Origin: Actinomycetota bacterium
GTDB lineage: Bacteria > Actinomycetota > Acidimicrobiia > Acidimicrobiales > CADCSY01
DNA length: 64,000 nt
Direction: 5' to 3'
Assembly (NCBI GenBank): GCA_019348495.1
Contig: JAHWJI010000002.1
Coordinates: forward strand, 72 to 64,071
Shown: in pieces, positions 1 through 9,870 of the stretch
Position numbering within the stretch: the stretch's first letter is position 1
Layout: the number at the start of each line of letters is the position of its first letter
Program-made: the position numbers and the translations under genes
Notes under the pieces: model-generated
Seen by the model: the letters and a program-made list of their open reading frames with translations, nothing else
Told to the model about the DNA's origin: nothing
Database searches by the model: none

Positions 1-4
1 GGGC

Positions 5-703
5 ATGGAGCCCACCGGCGACGTCACGCCGGCGGTGGAGGCGGCGCTGGCGGCCGCCACCGAACCCACACCCCAGGTTCCCGACGGGGGCGCTGATCGG
101 GTGGAGATCGACCTGCCCCGCCAACTGTTGTTCCTCTACAAGGGGGGCGACCTGCGCCTCATCAGCCACATCTCCAGCGGGAACAACAAGCGCTACTGCG
201 CCGAGGGCGGCTGCGGCACGGCGGTCACACCAGTGGGTGCCCACCGCTTCATGTGGCGCTACTCGGGGTGGCGCACGTCCCGGCTCGGCAAGCTCTACAA
301 CCCCGTGTACTTCACCGGCAGCGGCATCGCCATCCACGGCTCCTCCTCGGTACCCACCTACCCGGCTTCCCACGGGTGCGTCCGGATCCCCATGCACATC
401 GCCGAGTACTTCCCCGGCCTGGTGGCCAGGGGCGACGCCGTGTACGTGCTCGACGGCAAGACCGACGTCGGTCCCGCTCCCGCCCTGCCGGCCGAGGTGG
501 GGCCGCCTCCGGCCGACGCTCCTACCACGCCGGACACGGTCGCCGAGCCGACGACCACCGTGCCGCCGCAGACCACGGTGGCGCCCAGCACCACGACCAC
601 CACGGCGCCCGTCCCGGCCAACTCCGACGTCGACGACAGCACCAACGCCGAACCCGGGTCGCCGACGGTGGAGGAGTTGCGTCGTCAGTACTCCTCCGAC
701 TGA
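5..703 (+). CDS. L,D-transpeptidase (YkuD domain) with a Pro/Thr-rich C-terminal tail. The frame is open to the window edge, so the N-terminus may be truncated.
   Basis: ORF 5..703. Catalytic motif HGSSSVPTYPASHGCVRIP (H...SHGC[IV]R of the YkuD family). Confidence 0.75.
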   Translation: MEPTGDVTPAVEAALAAATEPTPQVPDGGADRVEIDLPRQLLFLYKGGDLRLISHISSGNNKRYCAEGGCGTAVTPVGAHRFMWRYSGWRTSRLGKLYNPVYFTGSGIAIHGSSSVPTYPASHGCVRIPMHIAEYFPGLVARGDAVYVLDGKTDVGPAPALPAEVGPPPADAPTTPDTVAEPTTTVPPQTTVAPSTTTTTAPVPANSDVDDSTNAEPGSPTVEELRRQYSSD

Positions 704-769
704 GCGGGCCTGCAGTCGGGCGGGCCAGCCCGACGAGGTAGCCGGATGGACACCCACTAGGGTCGGACG

Positions 770-2086
770 ATGGCCGTGGTCCCCCTCGAAGCTCCGCCGG
801 AGGGGGGCCCTCCGTCGTCGCCGCCGCCCGAGCGCCGACGAGCGGGCAAGGTCGCCCTGGCGCTGGCGGTGGTCCTCACGCTCGTGGCCAACGCCGGCGC
901 CATGGTGCTCCTCGACGACGCCGACGAGGAGTCGGTGCTGGCCCAGCGCCCGTCCGAGCGGGGCGGCGAGTCGCCCCCACCACCGCCCGCGGCGCCCGAA
1001 CCGACCGCGAGCAGCGCTCCGTCGAGCACCCGGGCCACCTCCACGACGGTTCCCGACACACCTCTCGCACGGGAGGTTGCCGCGCTCTCGCGATTCGTGG
1101 AGGACCAGCGCGAGCTCGAGTTCCTCCGCCCCGTCGAGGTGCAGGTGCTCACCGACGAGCCCTTCTTGGCCCTCCTGTTCGCCGACGCCGAGGAGAACCG
1201 GGAGGAAACCGACCAGAGCGAGAAGGTGCTGCGGGCGCTGGGGCTCATCGAGCCCGGCGTCGACCTGTTCGAGGCCTTCACCTCGTTCTACGGCGACGCC
1301 GTGCTGGGCTTCTACGACGCCGAGACCGACCAGCTCGTGATCCGGGGCTCCGAGCTCAGCGCCTACACCCGCACGACGCTGGTCCACGAGCTGGCCCACG
1401 CCCTCGACGACCAGCACTTCGAGCTGTACCGGCCCGAGGTCTACGACGCCGACGACGAGTCCTCGTTGGCCTTCTCGTCGTTGATCGAAGGGGTCTCCCT
1501 GGCGGTGGAGTTCGCCTACCGCCAGACCCTCAGCGCCGCCGAGAAGGAGGAGTCGGCGCGCCTGGCCGCCGAGTTCGCCGGCAGGGCCGGTGCGTCGCCC
1601 ATCCCCTCGATCGTGTCCAGCTTGGTCCAGTTCCCCTACCTGGCCGGGCCCTCGTTCGTGGGTGCCCTGGTGGAGGAGGGTCGAGAGCCGCGCATCGACC
1701 AGGCGTACCGGCAACCGCCCACCACCAGCGAGGAGATCCTCGACCCGTCGGTGTACCTCCGGGGCGAGCAACCGGTCACCGTGGCTGTGCCCGCGGCCGG
1801 GGGCCCGGTCGTGGACGAGGGGACCTACGGGGAGTGGGCGCTGTCGCTCACCCTCGCCGAGCTCATCGGCAGCCAGGCCGGGACGCAGGCAGCCAACGGC
1901 TGGGGCGGTGACAGCTACGTGGCCTGGGACGAGGCGGGCCGGACCTGCGTGCGCATGGCCTATGCCATGGACTCCCCCGGTGACCTGGTCGAGCTGGAGC
2001 GGGCCTGGCGCCAGTGGGCGGAGGTCCACGGGGACGCCACCGTCGAAGCCGGGTCGGCACTGGTGACGGTCACCGCCTGCGGCTGA
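770..2086 (+). CDS. Membrane-anchored putative zinc metalloprotease (HExxH)
   Basis: N-terminal hydrophobic segment VALALAVVLTLVANAGAMVLL. Zincin motif TLVHELAHALDDQH. No closer family recognised. Confidence 0.55.
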   Translation: MAVVPLEAPPEGGPPSSPPPERRRAGKVALALAVVLTLVANAGAMVLLDDADEESVLAQRPSERGGESPPPPPAAPEPTASSAPSSTRATSTTVPDTPLAREVAALSRFVEDQRELEFLRPVEVQVLTDEPFLALLFADAEENREETDQSEKVLRALGLIEPGVDLFEAFTSFYGDAVLGFYDAETDQLVIRGSELSAYTRTTLVHELAHALDDQHFELYRPEVYDADDESSLAFSSLIEGVSLAVEFAYRQTLSAAEKEESARLAAEFAGRAGASPIPSIVSSLVQFPYLAGPSFVGALVEEGREPRIDQAYRQPPTTSEEILDPSVYLRGEQPVTVAVPAAGGPVVDEGTYGEWALSLTLAELIGSQAGTQAANGWGGDSYVAWDEAGRTCVRMAYAMDSPGDLVELERAWRQWAEVHGDATVEAGSALVTVTACG

Positions 2087-2137
2087 ACGAGGGCGTCCCC
2101 CGCCCGGGCGGTTGCCGGGAGCGCCGGTAGCGTCCCG

Positions 2138-3538
2138 GTGATGGAGGCCGGCCACGACGAGCAGCGCATCGAGCACGACACCATGGGCGAGGTGGCGGTG
2201 CCGGCAGCGGCCCGGTGGGGAGCGCAGACCCAGCGGGCGGTGCAGAACTTCCCGGTCTCGGGCCAGCGGGTGGACGCAGGCTTGATTCGGGCCCTGGCCC
2301 GCATCAAGGGGGCGGCGGCGGTGGTCAACGCCGGTCTCGGCGTGGTGGACGCCGCCGTGGCCGGTGCCATCACCACCTCTGCCGACGAGGTCGCCCAGGG
2401 CCGTTGGGAGGACCAGTTCCCCGTCGACGTGTTCCAGACGGGTTCGGGCACGTCGTCGAACATGAACGTCAACGAGGTGTTGGCGTCGCTGGCGAGCGAG
2501 CGACTGGGTCGGCCCGTCCATCCCAACGACGACGTCAACGCCAGCCAGTCGAGCAACGACGTGTTCCCCTCGGCCATCCGCCTGGCCGCGGCCATGGCGG
2601 TCACCGGCGAGCTGGTGCCGGCGCTCGCCCACCTGGCCGACACCCTGCGGGCCAGGTCGGCGGCGCTGGCCGGTGTGGTCAAGGCCGGACGGACTCACCT
2701 GATGGATGCCACCCCGGTCACCTTGGGCCAGGAGCTCGGAGGCTACGCCCGGGCCATCGAGCTGGGGATCGAGCGCCTGGCCGGGGTGCTGCCCCGGCTC
2801 GGCGAGCTTCCCCTGGGAGGCACGGCGGTGGGCACGGGCCTCAACGCCCCCGAGGGCTTCGCCGCCCAGGTCGTCGCCCATCTGGCCCAGGTCCTGGAGC
2901 TTCCCCTCACCGAGGCCGCCGACCACTTCGAGGCCCAGGGCAGCCAGGATGTCCTCGTCGAGTGCTCGGGGTTGCTTCGGGTGGTGGCCGTGTCCCTCAC
3001 CAAGGTGGCCAACGACCTGCGCTGGATGGCCAGCGGGCCCCGAACCGGCCTGGCCGAGATCCGGCTGCCCGACCTCCAGCCGGGCTCGTCGATCATGCCG
3101 GGCAAGGTCAACCCGGTCGTGCCCGAGGCCGTCTGCCAGGTGGCGGCCCAGGTGGTGGGCAACGACGCAGCTGTGGCCTTCGCCGGCACCGCCGGCAACT
3201 TCGAGCTCAACGTGATGTTGCCGGTCATGGCCCGCAACCTGCTGGAGTCCATCCGGCTGCTGGCCGCGGTCAGCCGCCTGTTGGCCGACTCGTGCGTGGC
3301 CGGCATCGACGCCGACGAGAGCCGGTGCCGGGCCTACGCCGAGTCGTCACCGGCGGTGGCGACCTCGCTCAACCCGGTGCTGGGCTACGAACGCACCGCC
3401 CGGGTCGTCAAGGAATGCCTGCGCAGCGGTCGCTCGGTGCGGGCGGTGGTCCTGGAGTGGGGATGGATGAGCGAAGGCGAGCTCGACGCCGCCCTCGACG
3501 TGTTGGCCCTCACGCGCGGCGGCCTGAGACCCCACTGA
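2138..3538 (+). CDS. fumC: Class II fumarate hydratase (aspartase/fumarase superfamily)
   Basis: [13 protein letters not shown] and the SS-loop signature [17 protein letters not shown]-terminal region resembles actinobacterial FumC as I remember it. Aspartase cannot be fully excluded without an alignment. Confidence 0.8.
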   Translation: MMEAGHDEQRIEHDTMGEVAVPAAARWGAQTQRAVQNFPVSGQRVDAGLIRALARIKGAAAVVNAGLGVVDAAVAGAITTSADEVAQGRWEDQFPVDVFQTGSGTSSNMNVNEVLASLASERLGRPVHPNDDVNASQSSNDVFPSAIRLAAAMAVTGELVPALAHLADTLRARSAALAGVVKAGRTHLMDATPVTLGQELGGYARAIELGIERLAGVLPRLGELPLGGTAVGTGLNAPEGFAAQVVAHLAQVLELPLTEAADHFEAQGSQDVLVECSGLLRVVAVSLTKVANDLRWMASGPRTGLAEIRLPDLQPGSSIMPGKVNPVVPEAVCQVAAQVVGNDAAVAFAGTAGNFELNVMLPVMARNLLESIRLLAAVSRLLADSCVAGIDADESRCRAYAESSPAVATSLNPVLGYERTARVVKECLRSGRSVRAVVLEWGWMSEGELDAALDVLALTRGGLRPH

Positions 3539-3564
3539 GAGATCAGCACCGGCGCTGTGCGCGC

Positions 3565-3888
3565 TCAGGCCCGCCGGCGCAGGCTCTCCTCCCGTTCTTC
3601 GTCGAGCGGGTCCTTGAACTGAGCTGGGCCGCCCGAGCGCTGCGGCCCCATGCCGGCGGAACCGGGGGCGGCGTCGGACGGCGGGGCCGCCGGGTCGGGC
3701 CACTCCCCGCCCCCCCGGCGGTTCCCGGGGCCCACGTTCTGCTGCTCGACAACCTCGTCGTCGACGTCGTCGGAGAGATCCAGCGGCTCGCTGACCACCA
3801 TCTCGTCGATCGGCTGGTTGGAAGGCTGGGCCTCGTCGCCGGGCACCGCGTCGGGAGGCTGGTGGTCGTCACTCGTGTCGCCGGGCAC
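3565..3888 (-). CDS. Small acidic hypothetical protein (107 aa), start overlapping the stop of the upstream FAD/Rieske gene
   Basis: GTG at 3888-3886 shares one nt with the TAG of the 3888..5411 gene. Third codon positions in this frame are almost all G/C. Acidic sequence ...EPLDLSDDVDDEVVEQQ...QFKDPLDEEREESLRRRA. No family recognised. Confidence 0.4.
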   Translation of the reverse strand: MPGDTSDDHQPPDAVPGDEAQPSNQPIDEMVVSEPLDLSDDVDDEVVEQQNVGPGNRRGGGEWPDPAAPPSDAAPGSAGMGPQRSGGPAQFKDPLDEEREESLRRRA

Positions 3889-5411
3889 TACTGCTCCTCG
3901 ACGGGCACGGGGGCGAGGTCGGCCACCGCCGGGCCGTTGAGCACGGCGCCCTCGCAGTCGAAGCGCGAACCGTGGCAGGGGCAGTCCCAGGTCGTCTCGG
4001 CCGGGTTCCATTGGACGGTGCAGCCCATGTGGGTGCACACCGCCGACACGGCGACCAGGCTGCCGTCGGGCCTGCGATAGGCGGCCACGTCGTTGCCGTC
4101 GACGTTGACCAGGCCTCCCTGTCCCGGTGCCAACTGCCCGGCCGGGGGAGAGTCGGAGCGGGCCAGGTGGTCCTTCACGAAGCGCTTGCCCACGTTGAGG
4201 TTCTCCTTGACGAACTCCTTGATCGAGCCCTTGGGATCGACCCGGGTGGCGTCGAACACCTCGGCCCAGGGGTTGGCCCGACCGACCAGCAGGTCGGCCA
4301 GGATCATCCCCGCCGCCGTGCCGTTGCTCATGCCCCACTTCTTGAACCCGGTGGCCACGTGCACCCGCTGGTGGCGCGGGGAGCGTCCCACGTAGGGGAT
4401 CGAGTCGACCGGGACGTAGTCGTGGGCCGACCAGCGGTAGTCGATCGAGCGGATCGGGAAGGAAGCTCGGCCCCAGGCCTCCAGGTCGGCGTAGTACTGG
4501 CCGGTCTCGCCCCCTTGGCCCACCTTGTGGCTCTGGCCTCCGAGGATCAGGCCCGTCTCCCCGTCGAGGCGCACGGGACGCACCGAGCGAGTGGGCGAGT
4601 CGACGCCCAGGTACATGCCCTGGGGCACCTCGCCGTGGACGCGCACGGCCATGGCGTAGGACATCATCGGATGGGCCTTGGAGAAGAAGCCGCCGAGGTC
4701 GACGAAGGGGAGCAAGGTGGCCACCACCACGTCGGCGGCCACCACCTCGCCGCCGCCGGCACGCACGACCGGGCCGCCGCCGGTCTCCTCGACGTCCCGG
4801 GCCCGGGTCATCTCGAAGACGTGGGAGCCGTCCCCGGGGATGGCCCCGGCCAGGGCCAGGCAGTAGCGGCGGGGGTGGAACTGGGCCTGGTCTTCCAAGC
4901 GGACGGCCGCCTCGACCGGATAGGGCAAGGCGGTGTCCTCTGTGTAGGAGGCGGGCAGGCCGAGCGTGGTGGCTGCCTCCACCTCGGCGGCGATGTCGGC
5001 CCGACGGGCCGCCTCGGTGGTGTAGGTGAAGGCCGGCTGGTGCTCGAACTGGCAGTCGATGCCCAGCTGGTCGACTAGGGCGGCGACCTGGCCGACGGCC
5101 GCCTGGTTGGCCTGGGCGTACTGGCGGGCCTTGTCCTCACCCTGGGTGTCGATGAGCTCGGCATAGGTGAGGCCGTGCAGCGACGTCACCTTGGCCGTGG
5201 TGTAGCCGGTGGTGCCCGATGCCACCCGGTCGGCCTCCACCACGGCCACGGTGGCCCCCGCCTGCTTGAGCAGCAGGGCGGTGGTCAGCCCGGTGATGCC
5301 GCCTCCGACGACGGCGACGTCGACCTCGACCCGATCAGCGAGGGGCGGGTACGAGGAGGCGGCGCTGGTACCCACCCAAAGGGACGGGTTGTACAACTCG
5401 AGTAGGCCCAT
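3888..5411 (-). CDS. FAD-dependent oxidoreductase (DAO-like) fused to a C-terminal Rieske [2Fe-2S] domain
   Basis: N-terminal dinucleotide fold DVAVVGGGITGLTTALLLKQAGATVAVVE. C-terminal Rieske motifs CTHMGC ... CPCHGSRF. Confidence 0.8.
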   Translation of the reverse strand: MGLLELYNPSLWVGTSAASSYPPLADRVEVDVAVVGGGITGLTTALLLKQAGATVAVVEADRVASGTTGYTTAKVTSLHGLTYAELIDTQGEDKARQYAQANQAAVGQVAALVDQLGIDCQFEHQPAFTYTTEAARRADIAAEVEAATTLGLPASYTEDTALPYPVEAAVRLEDQAQFHPRRYCLALAGAIPGDGSHVFEMTRARDVEETGGGPVVRAGGGEVVAADVVVATLLPFVDLGGFFSKAHPMMSYAMAVRVHGEVPQGMYLGVDSPTRSVRPVRLDGETGLILGGQSHKVGQGGETGQYYADLEAWGRASFPIRSIDYRWSAHDYVPVDSIPYVGRSPRHQRVHVATGFKKWGMSNGTAAGMILADLLVGRANPWAEVFDATRVDPKGSIKEFVKENLNVGKRFVKDHLARSDSPPAGQLAPGQGGLVNVDGNDVAAYRRPDGSLVAVSAVCTHMGCTVQWNPAETTWDCPCHGSRFDCEGAVLNGPAVADLAPVPVEEQ

Positions 5412-5421
5412 GACCCTTCCC

Positions 5422-5913
5422 TCAACGCCGCCGGGCCGACAGCGCGACGATGACCAGGCCGACCAGAGCGCTGGCCAGGTGGAACCAGTTGTCGGCGGTG
5501 TTCATGGACAGGACGTTGATGTCGTCGTTGTCCACGGCGAACAGGCCGTAGACGAAGGCGGCGCCGTAGCCGATGAACAGCAGAGCGCCGAAGGTGCGGG
5601 CCCCGGCGAGGGTCCACCACAGGGCCAGGCCCAGCAGGCCGATCACCAGGTGGACGACGTTGTGGGCGGGGTTGATCTCCAGCCCGAGGAGGAACTGGTC
5701 GGTGTCTCGGGCGAAGAAGTCGTCGAAGCCGGTGATGTCCAGGCCGGTGACGAAGAACCCGGCCACGCCGGCGCCGACGAAGGCCAGGCCCACGACGAGG
5801 GCCAGGTACTGGCTGATGCTCCGGCCGGACCCCGTCCTCGCCCTCGTCTTGGTGGACGTGGCCGGCGCAGCGGTGGTCCGTCGGAAGGTGTGTGGCTGAT
5901 CTTGGGTCTCCAT
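5422..5913 (-). CDS. DUF4383-like four-helix membrane protein
   Basis: Start trimmed to the ATG at 5913 (METQDQ...), preceded by GAGGAG. Motifs NPAHNVVHLVIGLLG and ADNWFHLASALVG resemble DUF4383. Confidence 0.6.
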   Translation of the reverse strand: METQDQPHTFRRTTAAPATSTKTRARTGSGRSISQYLALVVGLAFVGAGVAGFFVTGLDITGFDDFFARDTDQFLLGLEINPAHNVVHLVIGLLGLALWWTLAGARTFGALLFIGYGAAFVYGLFAVDNDDINVLSMNTADNWFHLASALVGLVIVALSARRR

Positions 5914-6037
5914 GGGTCTCCTCCTCTTGATGGGGCGGACTTCACCATGCCCCGCCGCGGCCCAAGGCCAACCGCACGTCCGGCGGGGCCGGGGGGTACC
6001 GTCGGCGACGGCGTCGAGCACAGGAGGAAGCACGGCC

Positions 6038-6520
6038 ATGGGAGTCTCGGGTTCGCTCTACCGGTTCGTGCTGCTGCTGCACATCCTCACCGTGGTGGTG
6101 GCCTTCGGCAGCCTCGTCACCAACGCTGCCTACGCCCGGCTGGCCCGCGAACGGGGTGGGGCCGAGGGAGTCGCCATCAACGAAGCCAACGCCTCGGTGA
6201 CCAAGCGGGTGGCCCAGAGCTCGTTCTACGCCGTGGCCGTCCTCGGCATCCTCTTGGTGGTGCTGAGCGACGGCGCCATCGGCTTCGAAGAGCCGTGGAT
6301 CAGCCTGTCGTTCCTGCTGTACATCGCCGCCGCCGTGGTCTTGGTGGCCGTGCTGATCCCCACCCAACGTCGGATCAACGCCTTGACCGCCGGCCGCTCG
6401 GGCGGCGACCAGGAGGGGGCACGCCCGCGCCTGGACAAGAAGCTGGCCGCCTTCAGCGGCATCTTCAACCTCATCTTCGTCGCCATCCTGGTCCTCATGA
6501 TCTTCAAGCCCGGGGCGTGA
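6038..6520 (+). CDS. Integral membrane protein, unknown function (possibly DUF2269-like)
   Basis: Start trimmed to the ATG at 6038, preceded by AGGAGGA at 6022-6028. About four hydrophobic helices (FVLLLHILTVVVAFGSLV, AVAVLGILLVVL, LLYIAAAVVLVAVLI, IFNLIFVAILVLMIF). Confidence 0.55.
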   Translation: MGVSGSLYRFVLLLHILTVVVAFGSLVTNAAYARLARERGGAEGVAINEANASVTKRVAQSSFYAVAVLGILLVVLSDGAIGFEEPWISLSFLLYIAAAVVLVAVLIPTQRRINALTAGRSGGDQEGARPRLDKKLAAFSGIFNLIFVAILVLMIFKPGA

Positions 6521-6590
6521 TCGGCCTAGGCCTCCCCCGAGCCCGTCTCGAGTTCGCCCGAATGGAGCGACGCGAGGGAGGGCGACGGCG

Positions 6591-7079
6591 TCAGCCCAGG
6601 GCGGGGGTCCCGTCGTAGGGGGCGGGGTCGCCCCGGCCGGGGATGGTGGGCCGGCTCCAGCTCATGGCCAGGGACAGCCGGTCGGTCACCTCCCGCCACT
6701 CGTCGGGATGCCAGCCTTCGGCCATCCCGGCCACGCTGAGGTCCTGGCGGATGTGGACCAGTGCGGGGAGCCGTTCCAGGCCCAGTGCCTTGACCGCCTC
6801 CCGGTCGGGGTCGGCGAAGGTGAGGAACTCCTGAGCGTAGGGGCCGAGGAACTGGCGGGCCTCCTCGGCGGTGCAGGTGATGAGGATGGCCACCCGGCAG
6901 TCGGCCTGGTCGTAGACCCGAAAGATCCGGGTCACGGTAGGCAGCAACCAGGCGCTCTCCGAGGTGAAGGGATCCAGGGCGGCGACGACCAGGTGAAAGG
7001 TGGTGAGCCACTGCTCCAGAGGATGAGCCGACCCGTTGAGCGGGGCCAGGGCCACATCGGCGGGGGCGTCGGTGGGCAC
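6591..7079 (-). CDS. Hypothetical protein (possibly thioredoxin-fold-like, no CxxC)
   Basis: ORF 6591..7079 with a normal amino-acid composition, unlike the overlapping Arg/Pro-rich frames. No diagnostic motif. Confidence 0.45.
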   Translation of the reverse strand: MPTDAPADVALAPLNGSAHPLEQWLTTFHLVVAALDPFTSESAWLLPTVTRIFRVYDQADCRVAILITCTAEEARQFLGPYAQEFLTFADPDREAVKALGLERLPALVHIRQDLSVAGMAEGWHPDEWREVTDRLSLAMSWSRPTIPGRGDPAPYDGTPALG

Positions 7080-7156
7080 TCCGGTGAAAGGTAGCGCGAC
7101 CTCTCAACGGCCACGAAGTCGACTCGGGTGGGCAGGCACGAATCGCTAGGGTCCAA

Positions 7157-7945
7157 GTGGTGCACCCCATCGAGCGGCTGCGCAACCTGGCCCGGGCCGG
7201 TCCCCTCGAGCACGGGGTCCTGGTACGAGAGAGCGCTCTGGCCCTGGGCGCCCTGGGCGGCAACCCCGCCGAGCTGCTGCTCTCGTGCCGCCGGCTCCTC
7301 CACCACCACCCCGCCTCCGGTCCACTGCGGTGGCTGTGCGCACGGACGCTGTGCAGCGACAGTCCTCGCCGTGAGGCCTGGCGCTGTGTCGAGGAGCTCG
7401 ACGACGACCTCACGGCTGGCTGGCTTCGTGCCGAGCTGCCCGAGGCCGCCAGCGTCGTCGTCCTCGGCTGGCCCGAGGTGGCCACCGAGGCCCTGGCCCG
7501 GCGCGGCGACCTCCGCGTGTTGGTGATCGACGCTCTGGGCGAGGGGGCATTGCTCGTGCGCCGTCTGCGCGGTGTCGGGGTCGAGGCGGTGGAAGTGGAC
7601 GAGGGGGGCACGGGACCAGCCGTGGTCGCCGCCGACCTCGTCGTCCTGGAGGCGGCGGCCGTCGGCCCCGACGGCTTCGTGGCCGTACCGGGCACGGGCG
7701 CGGCCGCGGCCGCGGCCGGCAACGCCGGGCTCCCGGTGTGGCTGGTGGCCGGGGCCGGTCGCGTGCTCCCCCCCGGGCTGTGGTCCTCGCTCGTCACCGA
7801 CCTCGCCGGTGAACAGCCGCCGGCGGCGGAAGAGGTCGTCCCGCTCGACCTGGTCGACATGGTCGTGCGTCCATCGGGTGTGCTCGACCGGACCGAGCTC
7901 GCCTCCAGCCCACCCGATTGCCCCGACGCACCCGAGCTCCTGTAG
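7157..7945 (+). CDS. Hypothetical protein, weak resemblance to the eIF-2B alpha/beta/delta-type fold
   Basis: Pattern DLVVLEAAAVGPDGFVAVPGTGAAAAAAGNAGLPVWLVAG resembles the C-terminal half of IF-2B family proteins. Weak. Confidence 0.4.
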   Translation: MVHPIERLRNLARAGPLEHGVLVRESALALGALGGNPAELLLSCRRLLHHHPASGPLRWLCARTLCSDSPRREAWRCVEELDDDLTAGWLRAELPEAASVVVLGWPEVATEALARRGDLRVLVIDALGEGALLVRRLRGVGVEAVEVDEGGTGPAVVAADLVVLEAAAVGPDGFVAVPGTGAAAAAAGNAGLPVWLVAGAGRVLPPGLWSSLVTDLAGEQPPAAEEVVPLDLVDMVVRPSGVLDRTELASSPPDCPDAPELL

Positions 7946-7978
7946 CCACGATGCGGCCTCCTGGGTAGGTCGCTGGCC

Positions 7979-8656
7979 ATGGGAGAGCAGATCGACCTCG
8001 AAGGCAACGAGCGCGGCTACCTGGCCACGCCCGAGCAGGGGGCCGGGCCGGGTCTGGTGGTGATCCAGGAGTACTGGGGCCTGGTGCCCCACATCGAGGA
8101 CCTGTGCGACCGATTCGCCGCCGAGGGCTTCACCGCTCTGGCGCCCGACCTGTTCCGGGGCGAGACGGCCAGCGAGCCCGACGAAGCGGGCAAGCTCATG
8201 ATGGCGCTCAACTTGGCCCAGGCGGCACGCGACATGGGTTCGGCGGTGGACCACCTGCGGGGAAGCCCCGACGTGCGGGGCGACGGTGTGGGTGTGGTGG
8301 GGTTCTGCATGGGCGGCGGCCTGGCGTTGATGCTGGCCACGCAGCGCCCGCAGGACATCGACGCCTGCGTGGTGTTCTACGGCCTCATCCCCTGGGAGTC
8401 GGCCCAGCCTGACTGGACCAAGCTCGACGCGCCGGTGCAGGGACACTTCGCCGAGGACGACGACCTCTTCTCTCCCGACAAGATGCGAGAGCTGGAGGCC
8501 TCGCTGGGCGACGCCGGCAAGGAGACCGACTTCCATCTCTACGCCGGTGTCGGCCATGCCTTCTTCAACGACACCCGACCCGAGGCCTACGACGCCTCGG
8601 CCGCCAGCCTGGCCTGGACCCGCACGTTGGAGTTCCTGCGGGCCAAGCTGGGGTAG
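7979..8656 (+). CDS. Dienelactone hydrolase family protein
   Basis: GPGLVVIQEYWGLVPHIEDLCDRFAAEGFTALAPDLF. Nucleophile elbow VVGFCMGGGLAL. Conserved ...YAGVGHAFFND. Confidence 0.8.
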   Translation: MGEQIDLEGNERGYLATPEQGAGPGLVVIQEYWGLVPHIEDLCDRFAAEGFTALAPDLFRGETASEPDEAGKLMMALNLAQAARDMGSAVDHLRGSPDVRGDGVGVVGFCMGGGLALMLATQRPQDIDACVVFYGLIPWESAQPDWTKLDAPVQGHFAEDDDLFSPDKMRELEASLGDAGKETDFHLYAGVGHAFFNDTRPEAYDASAASLAWTRTLEFLRAKLG

Positions 8657-9870
8657 TGCCGCTCGACTTGCTCGATCCCGACCACGATCCCGTCACCCGC
8701 TACCTCCAGCTGGGACTGGCCCTCGGTCGCCACGTCGACGGCCTGGTCGACGCCTACTTCGGTCCGACGGCGCTGGCCGTCACCGTCACCGAGGGACCCG
8801 TGGTTCCCGCCGCCCGCCTGGCCGGGGCCGCTCGGCGCCTGCTGGCCGACCTCCAGACCGGTGACGACCCCGAGCCGAACCGACGCCACTGGCTGGCGGC
8901 CCAGGTCCGAGGACTGCACACGACCGCCGCCCGCCTGGCCGGGGAGGCGCTGGGCTACGCCGACGAGGTCGAGGCGTGCTACGGCGTGCGGCCGAGGATG
9001 GTGCCCGAGGATGCCTTGGCCGAGGCCCACCGGCGCCTCGACGCCGCCCTTCCCGGCGCCCATGACCTGCAGAGCCGCTACGGCGCCTGGCGAGAGGCGC
9101 AAGCGGTGCCGGCTGGTCAGCTCGAAGCTGCCATCGCCTCGTTGCTCGAGGACCTGCGGGAGCGCACGCAACGGTGCTTCGGCTTGCCCGAGGGTGAGCA
9201 CGTCGACATCGAGCTCGTCACCCACCAGCCCTGGTCGGGTTTCAACTACTACCTCGGCGGCCTTCGCTCCCGGGTGGCGATCAACGTCGACCTGCCCGTG
9301 CTCAGCCCCGGCCTGGCCCACCTGGTGGCCCACGAGGCCTACCCGGGCCACCACACCGAGCACTGCCACAAGGAGGTGGGCCTCGTCCGCCGGCGGCAGT
9401 GGCTGGAGGAGACCATCTTCTTGGTGGGCACGCCGCAGTGCCTGCTGGCCGAGGGCCTGGCCGACCTCGGCCTCGAGTTGGTGGTGTCGGCCGACCCGGC
9501 GGAGCGGGCAGCCATGCTGGCCGGGCACCTCCGGCCCCTCGGGATCGCCTTCGACGCCGAGGTGGTGGCCGAGGTCGCACGAGGGGCCCACGGCCTGGAG
9601 GGGGTGCGGGGAAACGTCGCCCTGCTCCTCCACGAGCACGGGGTCGACGTCGACGAGGCCGTGGCCTACGCCGAGCGCTGGGGTCTGCTGCCGCGTCGGC
9701 GGGCCGAGAAGTTGGTCGCGTTCCTGACCGATCCCACCTGGCGCGCCTACATCACCTGCTACGTGGAGGGCCTGCCCCTGTGCCGGCGCTTCGTGGCCGG
9801 CGAGCCCGCCCGCTTCGAGCGTCTCCTCACCGAGCAGCTCACCCCCGACCAGATGGTCGCCGCCGCGTGA
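8656..9870 (+). CDS. DUF885-like protein (putative metallopeptidase fold)
   Basis: GTG at 8656 overlaps the upstream TAG by 1 nt. Motif HEAYPGHHTEH matches the HExxPGHH signature I associate with DUF885. Confidence 0.55.
   Translation: MPLDLLDPDHDPVTRYLQLGLALGRHVDGLVDAYFGPTALAVTVTEGPVVPAARLAGAARRLLADLQTGDDPEPNRRHWLAAQVRGLHTTAARLAGEALGYADEVEACYGVRPRMVPEDALAEAHRRLDAALPGAHDLQSRYGAWREAQAVPAGQLEAAIASLLEDLRERTQRCFGLPEGEHVDIELVTHQPWSGFNYYLGGLRSRVAINVDLPVLSPGLAHLVAHEAYPGHHTEHCHKEVGLVRRRQWLEETIFLVGTPQCLLAEGLADLGLELVVSADPAERAAMLAGHLRPLGIAFDAEVVAEVARGAHGLEGVRGNVALLLHEHGVDVDEAVAYAERWGLLPRRRAEKLVAFLTDPTWRAYITCYVEGLPLCRRFVAGEPARFERLLTEQLTPDQMVAAA

Noticed and set aside
2215-4080. Very long alternative-frame or antisense ORFs throughout the window. 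Examples: 2215..4080 (621 aa), 6526..8007, 6932..8557, 9759..12278 (839 aa), 17385..19058, 21247..23031, 25567..28257 (896 aa), 27539..30076 (845 aa), 33312..35738 (808 aa), 36839..39025, 41200..43350, 46775..48271, 48632..50287 and 61265..62521.
   Set aside because: Their translations are dominated by Arg/Pro/Gly/Ala/His runs with no recognisable motifs. Each overlaps a frame that encodes a clearly recognisable conserved protein. Long stop-free shadow frames are expected in DNA this GC-rich.
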